DNA from: Candidatus Nomurabacteria bacterium RIFCSPLOWO2_01_FULL_41_18
Lineage (GTDB): Bacteria > Patescibacteriota > Minisyncoccia > Phycocordibacterales > UBA9973
DNA length: 64,000 nucleotides
Assembly (NCBI GenBank): GCA_001785865.1
Contig: MFUZ01000006.1
Location: forward strand, 45,674-109,673
Direction of reading: 5' to 3'
Below, piece by piece: positions 9,315 through 19,762 of this stretch (position 1 is its first letter; the number at the start of each line of letters is the position of its first letter). The translations under genes and the position numbers were made by a program. Below the pieces are notes generated by a model. It was given only the letters and a program-made list of their open reading frames with translations. It ran no database searches and was not told the DNA's origin.

Positions 9315-10298
9315 ATGTCAGAATACAAAATAGTTATGCCTTCCAAGCCTCGTGTCGTGATGGAGGAAGAAAATAAAGGAGTATTCGAAATAGACGGTCT
9401 TTACCCGGGGTATGGCCATACTCTCGGTAATAGCCTGCGCAGAATAATCCTTTCTTCTCTGCCGGGCGCTAGTTTGACCTCTATCAAGATCGACGGCGTA
9501 AACCACGAATTTCAAACTCTTGAAGGGATCAAGGAAGACGTAATTGTTATGATTTTAAATTTGAAGAAGACTCGCTTTAAAATGTTGTCCGATGAACCAC
9601 AGACAGTCACTCTTTCCGTCAAAGGTCCGAAGGAAGTGACCGCGGGGGACATAAAGACAGGTGGACAAGTAGAAATCTTAAACCCAGAGCTCCATATCGC
9701 CGAAGTTACAGGCAAGATAAATTTAAATATTGAAATGAAAATCGAAAAAGGCCTTGGATTCATCTCCAAAGAAGTCTTTCAAAAAGAAAAAGTCGATGTC
9801 GGCACCATCGCTGTCGACGCTATCTTTACCCCGATTCGTCGAGTCTCCTATGAGGTTGAAAACATGCGTGTCGGAGACAAGACCAACCATAATCGTCTAC
9901 GAATCTCGATCGAAACCGATGGCACTCTCACTGCTCGTGAAGCTCTGTCCCGCTCGATTGAGATCATGATCAATCAGCTCAAAGCCATTATTGATTTCAA
10001 AGAGCCTGAAGAAGAAGTAAAGACCAAGAAAGTTGCCAAGGAAGATAGCAAGGCGGGGGAAGCTGAAGAGAGCGAAAAGAAAGGAGCTGATTTTGCAGAT
10101 GTGCTCAAAACCAGAACGGATAGCCTGGACCTCTCCACGAGGACTTTGAATGCGCTTACTTTTGCAAATATCCGCACATTGGGAGGACTCGCCCGAAAGA
10201 AGAGGGAAGACCTGCTCGAAGTCGAGGGTATCGGAGAGAAAGGAATCACTGAGATTAAAAAGGTGCTTGGCAAGTTTGGCTTGAACTTAAAAGAATAA
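9315..10298 (+). CDS. rpoA: DNA-directed RNA polymerase alpha subunit
   Basis: N-terminal dimerisation domain (GYGHTLGNSLRRILLSSLPG) and alpha-CTD (LDLSTRTLNALTFANIRTLGGL). Canonical position after rpsD. Confidence 0.9.
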   Translation: MSEYKIVMPSKPRVVMEEENKGVFEIDGLYPGYGHTLGNSLRRIILSSLPGASLTSIKIDGVNHEFQTLEGIKEDVIVMILNLKKTRFKMLSDEPQTVTLSVKGPKEVTAGDIKTGGQVEILNPELHIAEVTGKINLNIEMKIEKGLGFISKEVFQKEKVDVGTIAVDAIFTPIRRVSYEVENMRVGDKTNHNRLRISIETDGTLTAREALSRSIEIMINQLKAIIDFKEPEEEVKTKKVAKEDSKAGEAEESEKKGADFADVLKTRTDSLDLSTRTLNALTFANIRTLGGLARKKREDLLEVEGIGEKGITEIKKVLGKFGLNLKE

Positions 10299-10301
10299 TA
10301 T

Positions 10302-10655
10302 ATGCGACACGGAAATAACAAAAGAAAATTTGGCAGAGTCAGAAAAGTTCGCAAGGCGCTCATGAATTCGCTCGCGCTCAATCTGATAGTGCGCGGCAAA
10401 ATCAAGACCACAGAGCCGAAGGCAAAAGAGTTGCGCCCTTTTATTGAAAAATTGGTAACCGGAGCCAAAAAAGGAGATACTGCTACTCGCAGATTGATAA
10501 TTTCTAAGCTCTCAAATAGGCGCCCAGAGGTTAAAAAGCTTTTTGAAGTTATAGCTCCGAAGTATAAGGGTAGAAGCGGGGGATATACGAGAGTTTTGAA
10601 GCTGGGTGCTAGGAAATCAGACGGCGCAAAAATGGCCATCATAGAATTTGTGTAA
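10302..10655 (+). CDS. rplQ: ribosomal protein L17
   Basis: MRHGNNKRKFGR...L17 signature. Follows rpoA. Confidence 0.9.
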   Translation: MRHGNNKRKFGRVRKVRKALMNSLALNLIVRGKIKTTEPKAKELRPFIEKLVTGAKKGDTATRRLIISKLSNRRPEVKKLFEVIAPKYKGRSGGYTRVLKLGARKSDGAKMAIIEFV

Positions 10656-10683
10656 TTTCGGGAAATAAACTAGTATAAGAAAA

Positions 10684-11055
10684 ATGAAAACAAACGAAAA
10701 TAAAACCAAAAACATTAAGATCATAGATGCGGAGAACCGCACTTTAGGAAGAGTCGCCTCTGAGGTGGCGATGTCGCTTATGGGTAAGACCAAGGCAACG
10801 TTTGAAAGAAATACTTATTCCGGTATGCCTGTCGAAGTCATCAATGCTTCCAAACTGCGCATTACCCCGAAAAAGCTGGAGAGCATTTATCACACTAGGT
10901 ATTCAGGAATTCCCGGAGGTTTGCGTATCTTGAAGGGTACGGAAACAGCCGAGAAGAAAGGGCTATCAGAATTGATCAAGCTCGCCACATACCAGATGTT
11001 ACCTTCTAATAAATTACGAAGAGTGATGCTGAAACATTTAACGGTCAAGGAATAA
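10684..11055 (+). CDS. rplM: ribosomal protein L13
   Basis: IIDAENRTLGRVASEVAMSLMGK matches the L13 N-terminal motif. Confidence 0.9.
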   Translation: MKTNENKTKNIKIIDAENRTLGRVASEVAMSLMGKTKATFERNTYSGMPVEVINASKLRITPKKLESIYHTRYSGIPGGLRILKGTETAEKKGLSELIKLATYQMLPSNKLRRVMLKHLTVKE

Positions 11056-11062
11056 AATTTTT

Positions 11063-11488
11063 ATGGATAAAGAAACAACCACAAAATACATCGAAGCAGT
11101 AGGCAGAAGAAAGACTTCCGCTGCGAGGGTGCGCATTAGAGAGGCAAGCAAGGCCAGCTTTACCGTAAACGGCCGAGATGCAAAAGAATATTTTAAAACA
11201 GAAGGTGAACGTCGTTTGATTTTAGATCCAATGATAAAGGGACAAAAGACAGGAGAAGGGAAGGTGGCTCTCAAATGGAATGTGGAAGTGCATGTGAAGG
11301 GCGGAGGAATACATTCCCAATCCGAAGCCATCCGCCATGGGCTCTCTCGTGCGCTCGCAGAATTTAATCCGGAAAATCGCGGAGAACTTAAAACTTTAGG
11401 ATTTTTGAAACGTGACCCTCGCGCCAAAGAGCGCCGAAAATTCGGTCTCAAAAAAGCTCGCAAGGCACCACAATGGTCCAAACGTTAG
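11063..11488 (+). CDS. rpsI: ribosomal protein S9
   Basis: GRRKTSAARVRI...HVKGGGIHSQSEAIRHGLSRAL...C-terminal KKARKAPQWSKR. Confidence 0.9.
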   Translation: MDKETTTKYIEAVGRRKTSAARVRIREASKASFTVNGRDAKEYFKTEGERRLILDPMIKGQKTGEGKVALKWNVEVHVKGGGIHSQSEAIRHGLSRALAEFNPENRGELKTLGFLKRDPRAKERRKFGLKKARKAPQWSKR

Positions 11489-11492
11489 TTCA

Positions 11493-11520
11493 AAAAATCC
11501 CCTTTTCAAAGGGGATTTTT
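11493..11520 (+). terminator. Rho-independent terminator after rpsI
   Basis: Hairpin AAAATCCCC-ttttcaa-GGGGATTTT followed by a T-run. Confidence 0.7.
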
Positions 11521-11537
11521 TATGTTAAATTACTAGC

Positions 11538-12194
11538 ATGAATGACGATAAAACATCCGCCGACCCTGAAAAAGAAGAAACTGAACCCCTAGAGGCTACT
11601 GGGGTCATCAGCTCTGAGGAAGCTCAGGCTCGAAGAGGTGATTCTGCTGAATCAGATACTTCTGAAGTTTTAGAATTTGAGTTCAATGAAGATGGGGAAG
11701 AGGACTTGAAGAAAACTTTGAAGAAATTCAGAGCGGACTTAAAGAAATGTAAAGCTGAAAAAGAGGAATATCTGACCGGCTGGCAGAAGGAGCGAGCAGA
11801 ATTTGCGAATTATAGAAAAGGGGAAGACGACCGCAAGGCCATGCTCTCCGAATCCATGCGCGAGCGGATATTGAATCGTTTTCTCTCGGTGATGGATAGT
11901 TTCAATATGGCTTTCGCCCACAAAGAATCATGGGACAAGGTGGATGAAAATTGGAGAAAAGGAGTGGAGTATATTTACGGACAGATGAATACTATCTTTG
12001 AAGAATACGGTGTAAAAGCGATCGGAGTCGAGGGAGAAATTTTTGATCCGAATATTCATCAGTCCATGGAGCTAGTGGCGACAGACAAAAAAGAGCTTGA
12101 TCATACAATCGCCACTGTGATCCAGAAAGGTTATAAGCTCGGGCCACGAATAATGCGGGCGGCGCGGGTAAATGTGTATGAGTATAAGGAATAA
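11538..12194 (+). CDS. grpE: nucleotide exchange factor GrpE
   Basis: Acidic N-terminus. Coiled-coil KAEKEEYLTGWQKERAEFANYRK. C-terminal beta-domain FDPNIHQSMELVATD resembles GrpE FDPnlHeA. Confidence 0.8.
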   Translation: MNDDKTSADPEKEETEPLEATGVISSEEAQARRGDSAESDTSEVLEFEFNEDGEEDLKKTLKKFRADLKKCKAEKEEYLTGWQKERAEFANYRKGEDDRKAMLSESMRERILNRFLSVMDSFNMAFAHKESWDKVDENWRKGVEYIYGQMNTIFEEYGVKAIGVEGEIFDPNIHQSMELVATDKKELDHTIATVIQKGYKLGPRIMRAARVNVYEYKE

Positions 12195-12225
12195 AATCTA
12201 TTCTAATATTCTATAGAATTATAGA

Positions 12226-13881
12226 ATGAAAAATGAAAGACAAATTTGTGAACATTGTAAGCAAAACTTCGAAATATCGGAGGAGGAATTAAATTTATAT
12301 AAAAAAGTGGGAATTGAATTACCCACGTTGTGTTTTTTTTGCAGAATAAAATTGCACTTATCTTTTTGGATGTTTGGAAAATTTCGCAAAGGGAAGTCTG
12401 ATCTTTCTGGGGAAAGCTTGATCACTGTTTTACCCGCAAGCACTAGGTATCCTATTTATACTCTTACTGAATGGCACAGCGATAAATGGGATGCTATGGG
12501 TTACGGGGTAGATTATGATCCTAATGTTCCATTTTTCAAACAGTTGCAAGAACTACAAGAAAAAGTTCCTCACCCACACCAAAATGGCACCAAAAATACA
12601 AAATGCGATTGGTGTGATGATGTTTGGAATTCTAAAAATTGCTATCTGTCTCGTTCAATGGAAGAATGTGAGGATTTGTTTTATTCATATAGAAATGTAA
12701 AGGTAAAAAATTCCATCGATGCGACCATTTGTTTCAATTGCGAGAAGTGTTATGACTGTGGAGATTGTCACAATTCTTACAAGCTTTTTTACTCAAGACA
12801 TTCTAGAGATTGTATAGAATCAAGCTTTTTATACGATTGTAGGAATTGTCAGAACTGTTTTATGAGTTGGAATCTTCGCAATAAGTCCTATTGTATAGAA
12901 AATGTTCAATATACCAAAGAAGCCTATCAAGAAAAACTAAAATCTTTTCAACTAAATTCATATAAATCTTTACAAACTTTCAAAAAACGTTTTGAGGAAT
13001 TAGCACAAAAAGAAGCAGTTCATAGAGAAAATTTCAATTTTAAGGCACATAATTCTAACGGAAATTATTTATCAGATGTAAAAAATTGCCACAATTGCAA
13101 TACAATAAATGATTCTGAGGACAGTTATAATTGTATTAGGGGAATGAAACATAAATCAAACATAGATGCCAATGGTTGTTGGTATGTCGAATTGATAGGA
13201 AATTGTGCCAATTGTGTAAATTCTTATGCGCTCAAATACAGTAATTGGTCTTCTTCGCGGTATTCGGAATATTTAGATGTATGCATTGAGTGTGATTATT
13301 GTTTTGGTTGTGTTGGGCTTAAGAAAAAGAAATACTGTATTTTAAATAAACAATACACAAAAGAAGAATATGAGGTCTTGAAAGATAAAATTATTGAAGA
13401 TATGAAAAAAAGAGGGGAATATGGAAAATTCTTGCCATATTCTATGAGTGCTGGACCTTTTAATTTTTCAAACGGATTTTTCTACTTTCCAGAAACTAAA
13501 AAGGAAGGCGTTTTAAAATTAGGGGGTTATTGGGAAGATGTCGATGAAAGTCATATAGAAGGAATGCAGACAAATGAATTACCAGACTCTATAAAAGATG
13601 TTCCTGACACCATCATTACTCAAGCACTCATCTGTCCAGAGACTGGTTGGCGTTTCAATATAGCTCAGAATGAACTTTCTTTTTACAAAGCAAACAATAT
13701 TCCACCGCCCAGATATCATTTTGATGTCAGGACCAAAAATCAGTTAAAATATTTAACTGTTCTTCAATCTTACCCATATAAATGTTTTTACTGTAAAAAA
13801 GATATAATGGCTTATTATCCGAGCGAATGGGGATATGAGAAAATAGCATGCGAAGAGTGTTATAAACAAAATATAGCTTGA
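12226..13881 (+). CDS. cysteine-rich multi-zinc-ribbon protein, paralog 1 (zf-trcl-like termini plus central Cys ladder)
   Basis: N-terminus CEHCKQNFEISEEELNLYKKVGIELPTLCFFCR fits the zf-trcl pattern C-x2-C...F..FY....P..C-x2-CR. Central CxxC/CxNC repeats (CFNCEKCYDCGDC, CRNCQNCF, CANCVNSY, CIECDYCFGCVG). C-terminal ribbon ELSFYKANNIPPPRYHFDVR and CEECY. One of five paralogs in the window. Confidence 0.6.
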   Translation: MKNERQICEHCKQNFEISEEELNLYKKVGIELPTLCFFCRIKLHLSFWMFGKFRKGKSDLSGESLITVLPASTRYPIYTLTEWHSDKWDAMGYGVDYDPNVPFFKQLQELQEKVPHPHQNGTKNTKCDWCDDVWNSKNCYLSRSMEECEDLFYSYRNVKVKNSIDATICFNCEKCYDCGDCHNSYKLFYSRHSRDCIESSFLYDCRNCQNCFMSWNLRNKSYCIENVQYTKEAYQEKLKSFQLNSYKSLQTFKKRFEELAQKEAVHRENFNFKAHNSNGNYLSDVKNCHNCNTINDSEDSYNCIRGMKHKSNIDANGCWYVELIGNCANCVNSYALKYSNWSSSRYSEYLDVCIECDYCFGCVGLKKKKYCILNKQYTKEEYEVLKDKIIEDMKKRGEYGKFLPYSMSAGPFNFSNGFFYFPETKKEGVLKLGGYWEDVDESHIEGMQTNELPDSIKDVPDTIITQALICPETGWRFNIAQNELSFYKANNIPPPRYHFDVRTKNQLKYLTVLQSYPYKCFYCKKDIMAYYPSEWGYEKIACEECYKQNIA

Positions 13882-13924
13882 TACACATTTCAGCCATGGC
13901 GTAAATGTGTAAATTAAAAAAAAT

Positions 13925-15655
13925 ATGGAAACAAAAAGTGAAAATAGAATATGCAAAAACTGCAAAAAAGATTTTACGATAGAATCTGAGGATTTTAATT
14001 TTTACGAAAAGATAAAAGTTACACCGCCTACGTGGTGTGTAGATTGTAGGCAGCAAAGGAGATATGCTTGGAGAAATGAGCGAACTTTATATAGGAGAAA
14101 TTGTGATCTTTGCGGTAAAAGTACTGTGACTATTTATTCCTCCAATAAACATTACAAAGTTTATTGTAATGAGTGCTGGTGGGGAGATGGCTGGGATCCT
14201 GCCTCGTACGGTCGGGATTTTGATTTTACCAGGCCGTTCTTCGAGCAATTTGCAGAATTACAGCGCGATGTCCCGCGCATGGCACTTTTGAATAAAAGAA
14301 GTGTTAATTCCGAATATACAAACCATTCGGGGGATACTAAAAATTGCTATCTTTCTTTTGTGGCTTGGGAAAGTGAAAATATAATGTATAGCAATTGGGT
14401 TCAAAAATCGCGCGACTGCATGGATTGTGCTTATGTTCGAGAAAAGGGGGAACGTCTCTATGAAACTATTGATTCTAGAACCTCCTATCAATGTCAATAC
14501 AGTACCTTCTTAAAAGATTGTTCAAATTGCTATTATTGTTACGATTGTCGTGGATGCAATAATTGTTTTATGTCTTCAAATTTGCGTAATAAAAGCTATG
14601 TATTTAAAAATAAACAATATACTCGGGAAGAATATTTAGAAAAAATGAAAGAATACGAAATGTCTTCTTTTGTTGTTCGTGAAGGATTAAAAAAAGAATT
14701 TACAGACTTGCTAAAACAAGATAGTATTCATCGCTATGTTTTTAGTGAAAGAAGTATAAATTCTAATGGTTCTCTACTCTTTGATTGTAAAAAAGTTGCA
14801 AAGTCTTTTGAAGTTGATAAAAGTGAAGATTGTAAATATATTTACGGAGCTACTGAAATCAAAGATTCCATGGATGTATATCACATAGGTTTAAATACAA
14901 CTGAGCTTTGTTATGAACTTCAAGGGTGTACAAGGACGTCAAACTGCCAATTTTGCCACCTTTGTTATGACAACATGAATGTGATGTATTCTGACACTTG
15001 TCAAAATAGCCAGAATCTTTTTGGATGTGTCTCGGTGAAAAAGGGAGACTATATGATTTTTAACAAAAAATATAGTAAAACAGATTATGAAATATTAAAA
15101 AATAAGATTATTGAACATATGAAGAAAACAGGGGAGTATGGAGAATTTTTCCCTCCACAAATTGCGCCAGTTTATTATAATGAAACGCAGGGCAATCTAT
15201 ATATGCCGATGACGAAGGAAGAAGTGCTGGCAAAAGGCTGGCAATGGGAGGATAATATTCCCGGAACTTTTGGCAAGGAAACGATATCCAGTGGCTCTAT
15301 GCCAGATAAAATAGAAGACGTACCAGATAATTATTTAAATGAAATTTTTTCTTGTATGGAATGTTCCAAGAATTATAATATCACCAAAAATGAGCTTCTT
15401 TTCTATCGAAAGGAAAATTTACCGTTTCCAAGGCGATGCCCGAATTGCCGTTACAAGCGGAGGTTTGACATGCGTCCCGCCAGAAGATTATGGCATCGGA
15501 CTTGTATGTGTAGTCAAAATCATATTGGCCACAGTGGGTCCCCTCGCCTAGAAACAGGCGGGGCAAGTTGCCAAGTCGAATTTGAGACGTGCTACGCGCC
15601 CGAAAGACCAGAAAAAGTTTATTGTGAAAGCTGTTACAATAAGGAAGTATATTAG
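13925..15655 (+). CDS. cysteine-rich multi-zinc-ribbon protein, paralog 2
   Basis: ICKNCKKDFTIESEDFNFYEKIKVTPPTWCVDCRQQRR (zf-trcl-like), followed by a second ribbon CDLCGKS...CNECW. Central CSNCYYCYDCRGCNNCF. C-terminus CMECSKNYNITKNELLFYRKENLPFPRRCPNCRYKRR ... YCESCYNKEVY. Confidence 0.6.
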   Translation: METKSENRICKNCKKDFTIESEDFNFYEKIKVTPPTWCVDCRQQRRYAWRNERTLYRRNCDLCGKSTVTIYSSNKHYKVYCNECWWGDGWDPASYGRDFDFTRPFFEQFAELQRDVPRMALLNKRSVNSEYTNHSGDTKNCYLSFVAWESENIMYSNWVQKSRDCMDCAYVREKGERLYETIDSRTSYQCQYSTFLKDCSNCYYCYDCRGCNNCFMSSNLRNKSYVFKNKQYTREEYLEKMKEYEMSSFVVREGLKKEFTDLLKQDSIHRYVFSERSINSNGSLLFDCKKVAKSFEVDKSEDCKYIYGATEIKDSMDVYHIGLNTTELCYELQGCTRTSNCQFCHLCYDNMNVMYSDTCQNSQNLFGCVSVKKGDYMIFNKKYSKTDYEILKNKIIEHMKKTGEYGEFFPPQIAPVYYNETQGNLYMPMTKEEVLAKGWQWEDNIPGTFGKETISSGSMPDKIEDVPDNYLNEIFSCMECSKNYNITKNELLFYRKENLPFPRRCPNCRYKRRFDMRPARRLWHRTCMCSQNHIGHSGSPRLETGGASCQVEFETCYAPERPEKVYCESCYNKEVY

Positions 15656-15697
15656 AAATACTTATAACTCTGCTATCGCAGAAACATAAGTAAAATT

Positions 15698-17410
15698 ATG
15701 GAGTATAAAAACGCAAACAAAATATGTCAAAGTTGTCAGAAAAATTTTACGATAGAACCTGATGATTTTGGGTTTTACAAAAAGATAAAAGTCCCTCCGC
15801 CGACTTTTTGCCCGGAGTGTAGAAGAATGCGACGTTTTGCTCTCACAAATGAAACTGTGCTTTATAAGCGTAAATGTGATTTAACAAGGAAAGACATTTT
15901 TAGCATGTATCCTGAAAATACATTATTCCCAGTTTATGAGACAGATGCTTGGTATTCGGACGAGTGGGATCCGTATGAATACGGAATGGATTTTAATGAA
16001 AATAAACCGTTTCTCGAACAGATCCTAGAGCTCCAAAGTAAAGTACCTAGAATGTCGCTTGTGCGACAAGGTATGGCAGTAAATAGTCCTTATAATCATA
16101 GAGTCTCTGATCCAAAGAATTCTTATATGACTTTCCGGGCTTCTTATCCAGAAGATTGCTTATATTTGTATAATGGTAAATATACAAAAGACTGTGTTGA
16201 CTGTGCTTGGATCTTTGATTCTGAGCTTTGTTATGAATGTGTGAATGTTGAAAATTGTTATAATGTTAAATTTAGCCAAGAAAGTAAAGATTGTCGAGAT
16301 TCGTATTTCATTTATGCATGTAAAAATTGTTCAAATTGTGTTGGTTGTGTCAACCTTGTTAGTCAAGAATATTGTATTTGGAATCAGCGTTATTCTAGAG
16401 AGGAATATTTTAAAAAATTGGAAGAACTTAAATTAAATACTAGCTCAGGGATCAAAGAAATAGAAAAAAAATTACAAGAATTTAGGAAAAAACTTCCTCA
16501 ACGATACATGAGAACTGGAAAATCTGAGAATGTATCTGGAAATTGGTTTTCTAGTTGCAAAAATGTCCATGAGTCTTTTGATTGTGTTGACGTAAAAGAT
16601 GGCAAGCATTTATTTATGGTTTTTGGAGCTGAAGATTGCATGGATTATTACGAATGGGGTAATAAGGCTGAGCAGATTTATGAATCAGTGAATTGTGGGC
16701 TCAATATCACTCGGCTTTATTTTTGCAATCAATGCTGGATGGGGGCGACGGATTTGTATTACTGCAATACTTGCCCTGGAGCACGGAATTGTTTTGGCTG
16801 TGTTGGTCTTAAAAAGGGGGAGTACTCAATTTTAAATAAAAAGTATAGTAAACAGGAATATGAGACATTAAAAGAAAAAATAATTAAACAAATGAAAGAG
16901 GTGCCTTTCATAGACAAGCGTGGTTTGAAATATTATTTCGGAGAGGGTTTTCCGGAAATGTTTTCCGATTTTGCTTACAATGAGACTATTGCTAACTATC
17001 ATTTTCCATTATCTAAAGAAGAAGCTTTGTCGCGGAGATATACATGGAGAGATGTAGACAAAAAAGATTATAAAATAACCATAAAATCAAAAGATTTATC
17101 CGAGACTATTAAAGAAGTGGATGATTCTGTATTGAATGAGATTATAGAGTGTGAGGATAAAAAAAATACAGAATCCGTAGGGGCTTTTCGAATTACACAA
17201 AATGAATTAAATTTTTATAAGAAAATGAATTTACCTCTACCTAAAGCTTGTTTTAATATTCGTCATTTACGCCGGATGAACAAACGTCCACCTCTACGGA
17301 TGCTTAAAAGGAATTGTTCCAAATGCGAGATAGAGACTGAAACAGTCTATGACGAAAATTATGCACCGATAATTTATTGTGAACAATGCTATCAGCAAGA
17401 AGTTTACTAG
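15698..17410 (+). CDS. cysteine-rich multi-zinc-ribbon protein, paralog 3
   Basis: ICQSCQKNFTIEPDDFGFYKKIKVPPPTFCPECRRMRR. Central CKNCSNCVGCVN and CFGCVGLKKGEY. C-terminus ...YCEQCYQQEVY. Confidence 0.6.
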   Translation: MEYKNANKICQSCQKNFTIEPDDFGFYKKIKVPPPTFCPECRRMRRFALTNETVLYKRKCDLTRKDIFSMYPENTLFPVYETDAWYSDEWDPYEYGMDFNENKPFLEQILELQSKVPRMSLVRQGMAVNSPYNHRVSDPKNSYMTFRASYPEDCLYLYNGKYTKDCVDCAWIFDSELCYECVNVENCYNVKFSQESKDCRDSYFIYACKNCSNCVGCVNLVSQEYCIWNQRYSREEYFKKLEELKLNTSSGIKEIEKKLQEFRKKLPQRYMRTGKSENVSGNWFSSCKNVHESFDCVDVKDGKHLFMVFGAEDCMDYYEWGNKAEQIYESVNCGLNITRLYFCNQCWMGATDLYYCNTCPGARNCFGCVGLKKGEYSILNKKYSKQEYETLKEKIIKQMKEVPFIDKRGLKYYFGEGFPEMFSDFAYNETIANYHFPLSKEEALSRRYTWRDVDKKDYKITIKSKDLSETIKEVDDSVLNEIIECEDKKNTESVGAFRITQNELNFYKKMNLPLPKACFNIRHLRRMNKRPPLRMLKRNCSKCEIETETVYDENYAPIIYCEQCYQQEVY

Positions 17411-17447
17411 TATCTCTAATTCGCGCGAATAGGCGAATAGTTTAAAC

Positions 17448-19190
17448 ATGAATCAAGAAACCAGAAATTGTCAAAACTGCAAAAAAGATTTCACGATAGA
17501 GCCAGATGATTTTGGATTTTACACAAAGATCAAAGTCCCTCCGCCCACTTTTTGTCCTGAGTGCCGGAAAATTCGGCGGCTAGTGTGGCGCAACGAACGG
17601 GCATTGTATCGAAACAAATGTGATCTTTGTAAAAAAAATATTATTGCAATGTACAATGAGTCTGTACCTTTTCCTGTGTATTGTCACGCCTGCTGGTTAG
17701 GGGATGGATGGGATCCGCTTTCCTTCGGGCAGGATTATGATTTTTCACGTACATTTTTTGAACAATACAAGAAATTTTCCAAAATTGTGCCGAGAATAGC
17801 TCTTTGGCAGAGAAATTCTATAAATTCGGATTATTCGAATATGGTAGGTGAGTCCAGGAATGTTTACTTGTCTGTTTCCGTAGTGAAAGGATCTGAAAAT
17901 GTTTTTTATTCAAAATCTACAGATAAGTCTAAGGACATAATAGATTCTCTGAATATTATTGGGTCTGAAAATTTATATGAAAACATCGAAGGGCAAAGCA
18001 ATTATAATTCTCAATATCTTTTGCTTTGTCGGAGCTGTATAGATTCTTATTATCTGATCGATTGCGTAAACTGCAGCAATTGTGTCTTATCGAATAATTT
18101 ACGCAATAAACAGTTCTGTATTCGCAACGAGCAGTATACCAAAGAGGAATATCAAAAAAAGATTGATAAATTAAACTTAAAAAGCAGAGCTTCACGCGAG
18201 AAGCTCTGGAGAGAATTTGAAGAGGTGAGGGGCCACGCTATTTATCGTTTTGCCAATTTTACTAAATGTGTAAATGTTACAGGGAATAATCTTTTAAATG
18301 CAAAAAATTGCCAAAATTGTTTTGATGCTTATAACACAGAGAATATAAAATATGGCTACAGGGCGTTTGATTTAAAGGATTGCATGGATCTGGATTATGC
18401 AGCGTGGTCGGAGTTGCTATATGAATATACAACGGGCTCTTTGAATGACTATGATGTTAAGTTTTCTTACTCCGCAATGGATTCGGTGAGAAATGCTGAC
18501 TATACGGAGTTTTGTCGCAACTGCGTCAATATTTTCGGTTGTATTTCTCTCAACAATAAAGAAAATGCGATTTTTAATAAAGTTTATTCCAAAGAAGAAT
18601 TTGAAAAACTGCGCAACGAAATTATCAAGCAAATGAATGATTTACCATATAAAGACAAAGGAGGGAGGATTTATAGGTATGGTGAATTTTTTCCGATTGA
18701 GCTTTCTCCTTGGGCTTATAATGAAACTACAGCGCAGGAAGTCGCTCCTATTACCAAAGATTTTGCGGAAAGGAATGGATTTCCTTGGCGAGAACCGGAA
18801 GTTAAAAATTTTAATATTACGATTCCCGCAGAAAAAATTCCAGACAATATAGAAAAAGTAAATGAGAGTATTTTACAAGAAGTTCTGGAATGTGCTCATA
18901 AAGGAAAATGTGACCAACAATGCAACACAGTGTTTCGTTTGACTGATTATGAACTGAAGTTTTACAAACAACACAAGATTCCGTTGCCGATTCTTTGTCC
19001 GAATTGCCGTTATTATGAAAGAATCAAAATTATACCAGCATTTAAATTATTCGACAGGAGATGTATGTGTGATAAATATAACCATTTTCATGGAGCAGAG
19101 AAATGCACTTTAGAATTTGAAACTCCCTACGCGTCAAACCGGCCGGAAATAGTCTATTGCGAAAAATGTTATCAGCAGGAGGTGTATTAG
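17448..19190 (+). CDS. cysteine-rich multi-zinc-ribbon protein, paralog 4
   Basis: CQNCKKDFTIEPDDFGFYTKIKVPPPTFCPECRKIRR. Central CVNCSNCV. C-terminus LKFYKQHKIPLPILCPNCRYYER ... YCEKCYQQEVY. Confidence 0.6.
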   Translation: MNQETRNCQNCKKDFTIEPDDFGFYTKIKVPPPTFCPECRKIRRLVWRNERALYRNKCDLCKKNIIAMYNESVPFPVYCHACWLGDGWDPLSFGQDYDFSRTFFEQYKKFSKIVPRIALWQRNSINSDYSNMVGESRNVYLSVSVVKGSENVFYSKSTDKSKDIIDSLNIIGSENLYENIEGQSNYNSQYLLLCRSCIDSYYLIDCVNCSNCVLSNNLRNKQFCIRNEQYTKEEYQKKIDKLNLKSRASREKLWREFEEVRGHAIYRFANFTKCVNVTGNNLLNAKNCQNCFDAYNTENIKYGYRAFDLKDCMDLDYAAWSELLYEYTTGSLNDYDVKFSYSAMDSVRNADYTEFCRNCVNIFGCISLNNKENAIFNKVYSKEEFEKLRNEIIKQMNDLPYKDKGGRIYRYGEFFPIELSPWAYNETTAQEVAPITKDFAERNGFPWREPEVKNFNITIPAEKIPDNIEKVNESILQEVLECAHKGKCDQQCNTVFRLTDYELKFYKQHKIPLPILCPNCRYYERIKIIPAFKLFDRRCMCDKYNHFHGAEKCTLEFETPYASNRPEIVYCEKCYQQEVY

Positions 19191-19207
19191 GGATAAAATA
19201 ACTTAGT

Positions 19208-19241
19208 AACGTAATAGCAACGGCCGTTGCTATTACGTTAT
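19208..19241. terminator. bidirectional terminator between convergent genes
   Basis: Perfect palindrome TAACGTAATAGCAACGG|CCGTTGCTATTACGTTA followed by a T-run. Lies between the + gene ending at 19190 and the - gene ending at 19256. Confidence 0.7.
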
Positions 19242-19255
19242 CTTGTTTTTTTACT

Positions 19256-19762
19256 TTACTCCCCAAAAGTTTCAAATAGAAATTTTTTGGTTTCATCATC
19301 TACAAATTCTGTGACTATTATCATCATCTCGGTTGTTAGTCCCAGATCCTTTTTTATGTTCGTAAAGAGATGTTCAAATGGGAAAGGGGATATCCATGCA
19401 GAATTTTTGAGGCAAACAAAGCCAGCTTTTTTCAAAAGATAACGCAAGCTCTCGCGTTCAGGTTTTCTCTCTTCCGGCAGGTCAAGGAGGATTATCCGCC
19501 AAAACCCATCCCAATTGGTATTCACTAGGTTTGTCTCGCCGTCCAGCATCAAGCTATTCAATTTGTTTTTCCCTTTCACTGTGATTTTGGCGTAGCTTTG
19601 TCTTTCAGATCTATAAATTTCAGCGCAGTTTTCTTTTACTAGGTTTTTTAGGGAACGCGAAAGAGCATAAGCGGTTTTTGCGTCCCCTTCTTTCAGATTG
19701 TATAGAGAAACTGCCGGACTTTCGGCTAGTTTTTTGAGTATTTTCTTTGAATTGCTTGACAT
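19256..19762 (-). CDS. PaaX-family-like transcriptional regulator
   Basis: C-terminal region WDGFWRIILLDLPEERKPERESLRYLLKKAGFVCLKNSAWISPF resembles the PaaX_C motif W.G.W.lv.ydiPe..r..Rd.lr..L...GfG.l.nSvWisP. The N-terminal half is compatible with a winged helix. Divergent from dnaK. Confidence 0.5.
   Translation of the reverse strand: MSSNSKKILKKLAESPAVSLYNLKEGDAKTAYALSRSLKNLVKENCAEIYRSERQSYAKITVKGKNKLNSLMLDGETNLVNTNWDGFWRIILLDLPEERKPERESLRYLLKKAGFVCLKNSAWISPFPFEHLFTNIKKDLGLTTEMMIIVTEFVDDETKKFLFETFGE

Noticed and set aside
9974-11481. - strand ORFs 9974-10642 and 11038-11481 antisense to rpoA/rplQ and rpsI
   Set aside because: They overlap highly conserved ribosomal and RNAP genes and have no recognisable domains.
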